This document shows positions 1-11,028 of a stretch of 64,000 bases of DNA, piece after piece. The stretch spans positions 62,001-126,000 of the forward strand of contig JAVKOQ020000001.1 of NCBI GenBank assembly GCA_031835245.2, given 5' to 3'. Numbering within the stretch: position 1 is the stretch's first letter; each line of letters starts with the position of its first letter. The notes below the pieces were generated by a model, which had not been told where the DNA came from, searched no databases, and was given only the letters and a program-made list of their open reading frames with translations. A program made the translations under genes and the position numbers. The stretch comes from Balamuthia mandrillaris. Taxonomy: Eukaryota.

Positions 1-148
1 TTTTGCTTTGTTAACCCTCTTCCCTTCTTTTTTTTTTTTGTTTTCATTTTCTTTCTATATTTGTTGTGCATATTTGAACAAAGGTGACGTCATTAAGAAC
101 TGAGGTTTTTTGCAGACACCTATCCGTTCACGTCGTCCTTACATGCCT

Positions 149-274
149 GTTGTCTGGGTGTAACGGAAAAATATTCGGCGCTTTTTTCGGGCATTAATTT
201 CGGTTAAAACGGTTGTCTGGGTGTAACGGAAAAATATTCGGCGCTTTTTTCGGGCATTAATTTCGGTTAAAACG
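149..274. repeat. Exact tandem duplication of a 63-bp unit (2 copies)
   Basis: GTTGTCTGGGTGTAACGGAAAAATATTCGGCGCTTTTTTCGGGCATTAATTTCGGTTAAAACG at 149-211 and 212-274, followed by a partial third start (GTTGT). Confidence 0.9.
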
Positions 275-1535
275 GTTGTTTCCCAGTTGCGCGACGCGTA
301 TTATCGGGCAAAATAACAAAACTAAGGAACTCAATTTTAAAAATGGGTTTGTTTTAAAACAAACAAGTTGGAAACTTCTGCCAAGAGAGACGTGTCACCT
401 TTCGTCTTTTTCTTGTTTCTTCCAGAAACAAACCCTTTGGAAGTTTCTTCCCCTCGGTACATTTTTTTTCCGCCCTTCTACTTCCAGGAAAGGCCGGCTC
501 CTCTCTCTCTCTCTCTCTCTCCCGCTCTGTCATCCTTTGTCTCCACGTCCACCTCTTAAGCTTCTGTAGGCCACACTACACACGATACCCGATACTACTA
601 TTTGTTTTTTTTTTTTTTTTTGTAAAGAGACCAGCAACAAAAAGCCGAAAAAGAAACAGAAGCACCAAAAGGAAGCACCGCAACATTGATCCTCCCTACG
701 GGACTCTCCCTACGCTCTGTGTGATTTTTTTTATTTATTTGTTAACCATCGAGAAACTCCTCCTCCTCCTCCGTTCAACTCCATCTTCATCCAAAAGAAA
801 GAAAGAAAGAACGAACGCAAGCAAGCAAGCAAGCGGCGGCACCGACTCCGACCCACCTTTTCCTTATTATATTTTTTTTTTTTTTGTCAATCTTTTCAAG
901 TTTGTTTGGAGTTTCGTTTGATTTGTTTTGAATAGTGGTGGTGGCGGCAGCAGCGGCAGCGGCGGCAAGGAAGACAAGGTGCTTTGGTTGTTGAAGGAAG
1001 ACGAGTACCAGCAAAGAAAAGAGGACACTAAGGAGATTGAAAAAAACAACAACAACAACAGAGCAGCGCGCTCATCCAACAACCTTTTTTTTTTAATTGT
1101 ACTTTCTTCCAACTTTCTGTGGAGCGCTCCACTCCGTTCTATTCTGCTCCAAGCTTTTCCTCCTGGTTACCTTTCAAACACTTCAAAAAAAAAACAAGAA
1201 CCTCTGCTTCTTCTTCGTTCCCCTTTTCTTCCTCCTGCCTCTTTGTCTACTGCTTCCGCTTTGAACGAAAGCAAGATAGGAAACACACACAGACGCGCAC
1301 ACGCAAAAAGGAACTTGGATCGGCCACCGCGAACGAACGACTTGGTGCCGAGAAGAGACGACGACGACGCAGCGGCCTTGGTGTCTCGACACGCATGACA
1401 GCAACGCAGCAGTAAACATACGAAACAACAACAACAAACACACACACACGCGCGATGCTACCGCCGGCTGCACACTCCATACCACCACGTACGTTTCTTT
1501 TTTTTTTTGGTCCCCATCCTTTTGGATGAACGAAC

Positions 1536-1576
<41 letters not shown>

Positions 1577-1621
1577 CTCATCGGTTTAATGATTTGCTTC
1601 ACGGCAGCACCTGCGAGCGCC

Positions 1622-2275
1622 ATGTTGGGAGAGCAACTCAACGGCTACAAGCTCTGTCGCATCCTGGGGACCGGCTCCGATGCCACCGTCTGGCTTGCTC
1701 AACGCTCCTCCCCCGCCTCTCCCTCCTCCAACGAAACACAACACCCGCAACCCTGCTGTGCCATCAAAGTGGTCTCCAAGCTCAAAGTAGGTCAGGAGGG
1801 TGTCCTCCGCGTCCGCCTCGAGGCCAAAGTCATGCAACGCCTCAACGGCCATCCGCACATCATTCAGCTCTTTGAGTTTGTGGAGACCGAGCGATACCTC
1901 TTCCTGGTCATGGAGCTGGCCGAAGGGATGGACCTCTTCGAGGCCCTCTACAACGAGCATCCCGCCTCGGAGGCCCTGAGGAACGGAGCCACGGAGGCCT
2001 CCATTCGAAGGGTCTTTCATCAGTTGGGTCTGGCCATTGCTCACTGCACCAGCAAGGGTGTGGCTCACAGGGATCTGAAACCGGAGAACGTCTTTCTGGA
2101 CAGAGACTTCAACGTGAAGTTGGGAGACTTTGGACTTTGCACCAGGTTCCGCGCGCAGCAGAGGACCAAGAAAAAGGCTGTTGGCTCCTTGCTTTATGCC
2201 CCACCGGAGTTGCTGAGGGGCATGCCCTATGTTGGACCTGAGGTTGATGTTTGGTGTCTTGGTGTCATACGTACG

Positions 2276-2308
<33 letters not shown>

Positions 2309-3599
2309 CTCTCTCTCTCTCTCCCCCCCTCTCTCTCTCTCTCCTTTAAATGCTGACATGTTCTCTTCCCTTTTGCTTCTATCAGTTTACGAAATGTTTT
2401 GCATGCACCCGCCATTCGAAGCAGCCACCGAAAGGGAGTCCATCATCAAAGCTTTGAAACTTGACTACAACATCCCCAGTTGGGTTCCCTCTACTGCTGC
2501 CGACCTCATCACCCGCATGTTGCAACCGACCGAGTCTCGACTCACCATCGAGCAAGTCTTGTCTCATCCTTGGTTGAATGGTTGGGCATCACCGACAACA
2601 GCCTCGACACCCATCCCAACAATACCAATAACGATGGCGATGGCGATGACACAGCTTTCTCCTCCCTCTTCTCCCTCTTGTCCTTCTTCACCTGCTTCGC
2701 CATCTTCGATGGTGGCGAATGGATGCTATACATCTACAACAAAAGGATATGTGGGCCAACCAATGATAATGGTGGAAGCAGGCAGAGAAGGAATGGAGCA
2801 AGTTTATGATGAGGAAGAAGCAGGAGAAGAGGATTTGTTTCAAATGGAACGAGAGACGGGAGAAAACAACGCCGCAACGAAACAAAGTTCAGAGAAGAAA
2901 AAATGCAACAACAGAAAGACTACTAACGGCAGCGGCAATTCCAATAACAGTGAGAAGAAGAACAAGAAAAAGAAGAGGAGCACAAAACAGCTTCAACAAG
3001 ACGAAGAAGTAACGAAGAAACAGAAGAAGAAAAGCAATAACAACAAGCAGTCAAACAAGCAAAAGAGCAGCAAGAAAAAGAACTTGAGCTCCTCCATCAG
3101 CAACAAATTCAACGGCTGGAAAAAAAGTTCCTCCTCTACAACCTCCTCTTCGAAAAAGCAAGCCACAACGACATCGTCTTCTTCATCAACCACAAACCAG
3201 GCAACAACGAAGCCGAAAACACATGTAACTTCTTCCTCTGCGAACGACATTCATTCTTCTGCTTCTCCGTCATCCTCTTCTTCGGTGGCCCCGTCTTTCT
3301 TGTATTGGTCATCGGGTGCCCTTCCTTCGACCTCCAAACCACTTCAACATCAACCTGAAGAAAACGGCAAAACCAGAAATAACAAGAAGAACCACAACAA
3401 GAAACCTCAGCGGACGAGAGAGACAATCTTGCAACAAATGAGCAGCGAGCAGAGCGTACCGACGGCAGTTGCCGTTCGTCGACGACGAGAGAAGGAGCAC
3501 CAACACCCTTCTTCTGCAAACAACAAAATGGAGACCGTGCCCACTATGACGGAAGCTTCTTGTCGCTGTTGGAACGCTGTTGGAAAGTGCTCTATGTAA
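1622..3599 (+). CDS. Ser/Thr protein kinase, CAMK group (AMPK/MARK-like), with a low-complexity C-terminal tail; one intron ~2271-2385
   Basis: Motifs LGTGSDATV, AIK, HRDLKPEN, DFG, GSLLYAPPE and GPEVDVWCLGVI. Splicing GTACGT(2271)..ATCAG(2385) restores GVI-L-YEMFC..PPF, and the kinase domain ends at HPW. Confidence 0.85.
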
Positions 3600-4032
3600 A
3601 CTACTCTTCTCCTCTCCCCTCTCTATGTTATTATTATTGTACATATCCCCACGCTTTTTACATTTGTTATTTTTTGTACAAAAAATACTCCCCAACGTCT
3701 GTTGTTTGTTCTATACAACCACAACCACAACAAGCAACGTGTAAATAAAAAACACAACTTGTACTTTTCTTGTTCTATACATTCGATCAACCTTTTCTCT
3801 CCTCTCTTATCTCTCTTATCTTTCTTCTGCCCTTCTCTTCTCTCTTCTCCTCTCGTTCTCTCGATCTCTTGTTCCTCTCTTCTCCACTTTCTTTCTCTTA
3901 AAAAAAATGAACTTTGTTTTCAAATATCCAAATTTCTTCACACGAACAACAACAAAAGCTGTTATTCTTTTCGTTCCGTCATGCAAACAAACCCTTTTTG
4001 TAATGTTGTTCCTTTCCTCTCTCCCTCTCTCT

Positions 4033-7000
4033 CTAATAGTTATGAACCAGCAGATCCAGATCCTCCAAAGGATCCTCAAACACCTCCGGCTCGGTATCCA
4101 ACGCCAAAGCAAAGATGAAGAACTTGGCCACATAAGTGCCCCGCAAGTCCACCACCTCCGCCCCATCCCACGTCCTCTCCTGGCAAACCCCGATGCCGAT
4201 AAAGTTGAAGGGATCAGGCACGATCTGAGGGGAGACGCCCGGCTGGCTCAGCAGCTCCTCCACCGCACCGTTGGGGTCACCGATGGCCTCCAGCTCGAGG
4301 ATGTCCACCGCCACGGCGAAAGGCTTCTTCAAGAGGGCGTTGATGCCGAACCGCTCGGCATTGCGCACGATGTCACGCACACGGCTGGCTGTGGTGCCGC
4401 AGGGGCAGCAGGCCACAGACTTGGCGTACCTCTCCAGGGCCTCCAGCTGGACGAGCGGACGAACGTTGTCCCCTCGGGAGCCTCTCTTCAGTAGGCCGAG
4501 CTGAGAGGTGGCGTTGGGTCGCAGCTGCATGATGTACTGGTAGAGGTCACGGCTGTACTCCTTCTCCAGGGGATTGAGGTGGGTGTAACCGGCGTCAGGG
4601 CAGAGGTTTCCGTCCACCACGTCCTCATCGATGGCTCCATCGCCATCGTCATCCAGGCCGTTGAGCAGCTCCTCATCGATGAGGCCATCGCAGTCGCTGT
4701 CAATGCCATCGCCAGGGACGTGGGGGTTGGTGAAGCGGCCCACTCCGCAGGTGGCAATGTGAGAGGCCCTCACATGGGAGGTGTGGCCGTAGCTGGAAAA
4801 CTCCTGCCAACCGTAGAGCTGAACGTGAATGGGGAGGTGGCGGTTGGCCTCGCCAAAGTCAAGAACGTAGTCGGTGTCCGCCTCCAGTTCCAGTTGATAG
4901 AAGCTATAGTCGCTATCTGCAATCTGTGTCCAGTCTAGAGCATCAGCGGGGAAAGGCTCGCCGTTGAGCAGCAGGTCAGGGATGGCCCTCGTCAGGGTGA
5001 TGACTGTGGCCCAGTGGCTCTCCCAACCTTGAGTCCCTGGAGGAGGCCTGAAGGCGGCGCTGTTGGAGTACTGCACGCTTGGAGGGACCACCACCATCAT
5101 GGGGTCCCCTCCTTGGTCGGGGTTATCGGCCATCTCACCTCTGGCAAACTGGGCCACGAGGATGGCAGCGCTGGCGATGATCTCCTCCGGCTGTTCAAGG
5201 ATGAACTGGAAGACTTCGCCCTCATTGAGGGTGATGGGAGCGCCGCCACGGAAGCCAACCTGGGTATCGTCCTCCAAGGCCACGAAGCGAACCACGTCTC
5301 CCTGTCTCTGGGAAAACGGAACGAGGAGGAAGCGAGAGCCCCATTGTTCAACTGGAGGCAGCTGCTCCACGAGGTGGTCGCAGTAGCCCTCCTCTGGTCG
5401 AACAAAGGCGCAGCGGTTTGATCCATAGACCACGATGGGTTTGTTGGATGTGATGGTGGTGCCGGAGAGGTCCGAGAACTCGTTGAGTCCGCTCAAAAGC
5501 AACGTTTGCAACTCACCCAGGGTGAAGACCTTTGGCACATTGGCAGGATAGGGAATAGCGCTGTTAGGGTTTTCCAGGCCCACCGAGGGCGTAACCGTGA
5601 CTTGGGTGTTCTCATGCACACCTACGATGCCCACTTGACTTCGGCTCTTGCCCAACAAGGTTTTCCTTCCAGGATAGGTCAGTACCATGTAGTCCGTACC
5701 GAGAACGTCGGTGGGGAAAGCAGTGAAGCTATCGGCAGAGTTATGGTCCAGGTTGTAGCCAACCACGCTGATGGGCTCCGTGGCGGTGATGAGGAAGCCG
5801 CTGTTCGTGACCCCCGATTGGGCGTCCATGCGGGCGTAAGATGGGAGGGTCACCCTCTGGGGATGGCCAGGAATGCAAAAGATAGAGACGTTGAAAGAGC
5901 CAGCGGAAGTGATCACCACCTCGGTGGGTCGGTAGACCGCGGCAATGGAGACCACGAGGTTGCCGGCGTTAACGTTGTTCTCCGTGAAGCCAAGCACAAA
6001 GCGAGTGCCAACGCTGTCTGGTTGGTCGTAGTAGTCTGTTATTACAGACAGAGAGAAGCAGTTGGTTCGGCAGTATCTAAAAGAAAGACCTTGAAAGAAG
6101 AAAAGAGAGGAGCAACGTACGGCAAGGTTGAGGAGGGTTAACAGCACGACAGGATTGCTTGGGGTTAAAGACCCAGGGGCAGTTGTCCAAGTTGTCTGGC
6201 ACCGTGTCTCCGTCCCGGTCGTCATCGCAGAGGTTGCCCAAGCCATCCTCGTCCAAGTCCCATTGGTCAGGGTTGAATTGGTTGGGACAGTTATCTTTGG
6301 TACAATTGTTCAAAGCAAAGTTGTTAAAAGAGGGAAAGAGGGCAACATGTGTGCCGAACGCAAAGAAAGCAGAGAAGTTGCTGCGTACCGCATTCATCTC
6401 CAAGGTCATCGCCATCAGGGTCAAGGTGACTGGTACTGGTGTAAATGCGCGGGCACTTATCAACGGGGTTGAGGAAGCCGTCCCCATCAATATCATCGTC
6501 TGTCATGGTCGATGGTTAACTGCAAAAAATGAAGAGAAAGGAGAATACAGAGAGGAGAGAGGAGAAAAGAGAAGAAGATATGTTGTTTTTTTACCGCAAG
6601 CATCGCCTACGCCATCTTCGTCCAGGTCCTCTTGGCCAGGATTGGCCACGGTCGGACAGTTATCGAAGGTTGCTGTAACGCCATCCTCATCAATGTCTGG
6701 CTCTGTTATGTTTTTATTGTTTGTTTGTTTGTTTGGTTGGTTGGTTGGTTTCGTTTGTGAGAAAGAGAACAGACAAACAATGTCGTTCACAATCACACAT
6801 ACCACATGCATCACCAACACCATTGTTGTTGCTGTCCAGTTGGTCAGGGTTGGCGACAGTCTCGCAGTTGTCTGTTCGCCACAAACGATAAAAACAAAAA
6901 GAATAATAAATAATGAGAGCAAAGAGCACAGTAGGAAGAAAACACGCAAGTAGACAGGAGGAACGAGAGAAGAACAATCGAAGAAAGAACCAAAGAAAGA

Positions 7001-7883
7001 CCACAAGGAACAGAGGAACGAGACAAAGAAAAAGGTTTTCAAAAGTATACCGCAGCTATCCGCCCATCCATCGTAGTCCTGGTCCGAAATAGAAGTACTA
7101 TGACCCTCCACCGAGATGTGGACCACGTAGTCCTTGCCCTCTGGGATGTCGGCATCACAGCACCGCAACACCCGCAGGCGATAGGTCGTATAGGCGGTAG
7201 CATTGAAGAGCACCCACGAGTCGGCAGTGCCGGAGCTGGCATCGTCGTTGCTGAACAAAAGGTTGCCGCTGATATCGTAGACCTCTATCAAGGAGTCAAA
7301 GTTCCTGAACTGACGGTCGGCAGGGAGGGAGGAAATGGGGAGGCTCTCTGCCTCGGCGTGGTCAATGTCGATGGTGACGTTGCCTTCCGTAGAGCCAGTC
7401 GCAAATGTGTACCAGTGGGCGCTCTCCCCGTCTCCCACGCCATAGATGCTGATGTGAGGAATGGAGGTGCTCTCCGAGATCTCGGGGTCGTTGGTGAGGG
7501 ACCACTCAAAGCACTCGGCGTTCCAGGGGTTGAGGGCGGAGGCCTGCGCAAACTCAGAGTATCTGTGATAGGTAGAGGCGAAAGAAGGGACTGATCGTGT
7601 TGTTGTGTCTGCATAACAACATCAAAAAGAAAAGTTAAGAGCAACGAAAGAAGAGAGGAGAGGGAATAGATGGACAGAGTTAAGGAAGAAGGACAGTTAC
7701 GAGGTGAAGAGGGAAACGATGAAGGACATCAAGAAACGGAAGAAGGATGATAAGTTTTGGGGATTACTCGTCAAAAGAGAAACATAGACACAATAGAGGG
7801 AAGAGAAGCACTCTCAAACCTGCGTATCCTTGCAACGCGAGGCAAAGAACAACAAACATGCATCCCAGCACAACACGCCCCAT
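4033..7883 (-). CDS. Secreted multidomain protein: signal peptide, PPC-like domain, thrombospondin type-3 Ca-binding repeats, IgGFc-binding N-terminal domain, GDGIDSDCDG motif, C-terminal CAP/SCP-like region; multi-exon
   Basis: Exon 1 reads MGRVVLGCMFVVLCLALQGYA. Repeated DNCPxxxNPDQxDxDxDGVGDAC units. IgGFc-type motifs GTRFVLGFTEN, PTDVLGTDY, SNKPIVVYGSNRCA, CDHLVEQLPPVEQWG and GDPMMVVVPP. Confidence 0.75.
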
Positions 7884-8510
7884 CTTTGGCGCTTCTTTTC
7901 TTTTTCGCTGTTCCCTCTTTTCTTCCCCTCCGCTTTCTTTCCCCCCCCCTCCTCCTATTCTTATCCCCTTATTTTTCTTTTTTCCTCTTTTGTGCCGCTT
8001 GTCTTTGGTTTCACTGCGAAAGCCGGGCGTCCATCTAACTTGGCAAGCTGAAAGGCCTCAGCTTAGCAATTTTTTTCCGTAACTTCTGCTAAATTATCGA
8101 AAAGACACGTCATGTTTGCCTTTAAAGGCAATGGAATAACGAACTCCTTGCCTCACCATTGGTGGAATTTTTAACATTAAACTCCGGCAGCAAGCTTTAA
8201 GCTTATATGGGGGGCCTGACCTTTGGCTGCAATAAAGTTTAAAACGAGGAGGAGGAGGAGGAAAAAAAAAACGAAAAAAAAAAGGGGGGAAAAGAGCGAG
8301 GTGAGGGAGAGAAAGAAGATCTGTTCACTTCGGTCTCGAAGGAAGAAAGAAGGATCTGAAAGCTCACCGACCGCCACTGCCTCCAACGAAGGCGCAACAA
8401 CAAAGAGCAAGAAGAAGAAGAGGGGATAAAGGAGCGCGTACGTCTTTGCAGGAGGAAAGGAAAGGAAAACAATCAAAGGAGAGAGAGAGAGAGAGGACAC
8501 AACAAAAAAG

Positions 8511-10811
8511 ATGACGCAAACACGGACACAGTACTGGGTCGTGTTGTGCTTGGTGGTGCTGTTCGCGGGATGTGCAGCTGTGGGACAAAAGGAAGGGAAC
8601 GTGGAGGGAGGGGAGAGGGCACAGAAGATGTTCAAGGGACGCCAAGCTAGTCTCTTCGTCGACTTCTCAGACATTGACTCTGAGGATGCTCTCTACGATT
8701 CCTTCCAGGAGTGGGTGGACACGTTCGGCGGCAACCTCACTGCTGGCACCATCTTTGAACTCTCTGGCATCGAGCTCCTCCTTGAGGTGCTCAACGGTGG
8801 CGCTCCCTCTGAGCCAACCGGCGGAGCTGCCATTGTCAACGCCTCACAGGCACCCTACGTGCCCGTTCACCCTCCAGTTGACTACACGCTTGTGGTAGAC
8901 TTCCTTCGCAACATCTCCGGCAGTTGGACCGGCTCCACACCCGAGTACAATGCGCTGCTTCGTTTCCTCGCAGGTGTGCTGTTGGAGACCTTCAAGCCTG
9001 AGGTGGAGAACCAAAAGAACGTCTCGGCCAGTTTGCAAACTCGTGCCGTGGACTCGCCATCGATGGGTATCGGCCAGAACGGAGCCACACTTTGGGGTGA
9101 GGAAGAGCCCAGCGAGTGCTTTGTCGGTGTGGGCAAGGAAGTTCCCTCCGGTCCTCCTTGCAACAAAGGACAACCCAAGTGGTCCCAAGGAAGCGTCTCC
9201 GCTTTGGCCAAGTCGGGCAACACGCTCTGGTGGGGCAGCAGCTTCAGCGCCATCTGCGGTCTGCTGCTGCAGATAGAGACAGAGTTCACCCCTCTGGTCT
9301 TCCGCAGTGAAGAGCAGAGGCTACAGTTCCGTCAGACCATAGCAGCCAACACCGGGTGTGAGGGTGTCTTGAGCGCTGGCCCCACAGGTACCGACTTTCG
9401 GCCGCCCGCCATCTACTATCGTGACATCGAGACTGGGGAGGAGGGCGTCTTTGCCCTCCACGCCAACGGCTCCATCGATGATCCCACCTTGGCCACCGCC
9501 CTCAAGAGCACCGCTGCCATGTGGTCGGCTGGCAGCATGGCCGACACGGTCTACTTCATTGGAGGCGCCTACGGCGGTGGCATCAACGTCTTTGCCTTTC
9601 AAAGCTCCTCCCGCAAGTTTATGAGCTGGGAGCACATCCACGAGTTCAAGGGCTGCCGCGACGCCAAGACCCTGTACGGCTTCCTTTACTTGGCCTGCGC
9701 CAACAACGACGATGAGGGCGGCAGCGTCATCCGGTTGGTGCTTGGCGAGGACCCCATCGAGTGGACTCTTGTCGGCATCCTCCCTACCCCTGCCGCCTAC
9801 CTCGCCGTCTTTGAGGACCGCATCTTCGTCTCCACCTCCCCTACCACCGGCTCCTTTGCCCGTCGTCGCGGTGAACTCACCGAGAAGGACATCAACAAGA
9901 GGACCCAACAGGAGAGCGCCGGGGTGTGGATGAGCCCCGAGCTGCAAGGAGACGGCCTCTCCTGGGACGACGCCCTCAGCTGGGCGCTCATGTGGAGCAT
10001 CCATGACTACGAGCCCGACCCCATCGTGGCCGCCACCACCGGAGGAGGCCCCCTGGCCGTCCATGACGGCTGGCTCTACTGGAGCACGCTGCACACCCCC
10101 TACCAGTCCTACTTTGCCATGAAGAACGCCTACCCCCCCGACACCCCCCAGCAGGAGCTCCTCCAGCTGATCACCTCCTGGCGAGCCTCTGCCCTCCTGC
10201 GCGGCAAGCGCTGGGCCAACCAGCTGCTGCCCCCCATCATCCAGACCGTCTACGGCCAGGAGTTCCTCCCCGTCTACAACCCTGCCCTCGTGGTGCCCCT
10301 CCAGTTCTTGCCCTCCGGCCACGGCGAGCCCGTCTTTGGTCTCTCTGGCTTTGGCAACCTGATGGCGGGCTACATCTGGAGCATGAGCAGCACGCCGGAG
10401 GTCGACCCCGAGGTGCTGGGTCGTGACCACCTTGCGGACACCCCCGATCCCATCCCCTGGCCCTCGGAGCTCTACCTGGGCACGGCCGACCTGAGCATGG
10501 TGGCCCACGAGCTGGCGGATGTGGTCATCTCCGAGTTTGGAGGCAACGTGACGCTGGTGCAGGAGTTCCTGGGAGCTTTCCTGGTGGCGTCGGGAGGAGA
10601 CATTTGGGTGATGCCCTCGGAGGAGATCTACGGTCCCAACACCCCGGCCTTCTTCTTCACGCTGGATGGCCTGGGCGACGAGCTGAACAGCGGCTTTCCC
10701 TCGATGCTGAGGGACAGGACGGGCGTCTACACCGGCACTTCCAACCAATTTAGCTTGCTGAGCGGATGGCAGTTGTGGCAATTGTATCCCAATTGGAATC
10801 CTACTCCATAA
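8511..10811 (+). CDS. Intronless 766-aa secreted protein, probable beta-propeller, bacterial-like
   Basis: Long uninterrupted GC-rich ORF with an N-terminal hydrophobic signal. Repeated propeller-like segments (SALAKSGNTLWWGS, YLAVFEDRIFVST, LAVHDGWLYWST, GFGN..YIWSMS..LYLGT, GLGDELNSGF). Confidence 0.7.
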   Translation: MTQTRTQYWVVLCLVVLFAGCAAVGQKEGNVEGGERAQKMFKGRQASLFVDFSDIDSEDALYDSFQEWVDTFGGNLTAGTIFELSGIELLLEVLNGGAPSEPTGGAAIVNASQAPYVPVHPPVDYTLVVDFLRNISGSWTGSTPEYNALLRFLAGVLLETFKPEVENQKNVSASLQTRAVDSPSMGIGQNGATLWGEEEPSECFVGVGKEVPSGPPCNKGQPKWSQGSVSALAKSGNTLWWGSSFSAICGLLLQIETEFTPLVFRSEEQRLQFRQTIAANTGCEGVLSAGPTGTDFRPPAIYYRDIETGEEGVFALHANGSIDDPTLATALKSTAAMWSAGSMADTVYFIGGAYGGGINVFAFQSSSRKFMSWEHIHEFKGCRDAKTLYGFLYLACANNDDEGGSVIRLVLGEDPIEWTLVGILPTPAAYLAVFEDRIFVSTSPTTGSFARRRGELTEKDINKRTQQESAGVWMSPELQGDGLSWDDALSWALMWSIHDYEPDPIVAATTGGGPLAVHDGWLYWSTLHTPYQSYFAMKNAYPPDTPQQELLQLITSWRASALLRGKRWANQLLPPIIQTVYGQEFLPVYNPALVVPLQFLPSGHGEPVFGLSGFGNLMAGYIWSMSSTPEVDPEVLGRDHLADTPDPIPWPSELYLGTADLSMVAHELADVVISEFGGNVTLVQEFLGAFLVASGGDIWVMPSEEIYGPNTPAFFFTLDGLGDELNSGFPSMLRDRTGVYTGTSNQFSLLSGWQLWQLYPNWNPTP

Positions 10812-11028
10812 AGTTTAAGCTTTTTTGTTGGTTGTAAGCAGAGTTTGAACGCTGAGCAAGAAGAGGTGAAAGAAGGGAGAAGAGGAGAGATTGAGAGAGA
10901 GAGAGAGAGAGAGAAAGGAGAGAGAAAAATAAAACCGTTTGTTGAAAGGAACTAACAAAACAAAATGATAAAAACAAACAAACCTGTGTCTGCTGTGTTT
11001 TCGTGTGTGTTGTTGTTTTTGACTGCAC

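Noticed and set aside
149..274. Possible CRISPR-like repeat
   Set aside because: Two abutting units with no spacers, eukaryotic context and no cas genes.
9321..10781. 486-aa minus-strand ORF
   Set aside because: Antisense shadow of the GC3-rich gene at 8511-10811, with no recognisable motifs.
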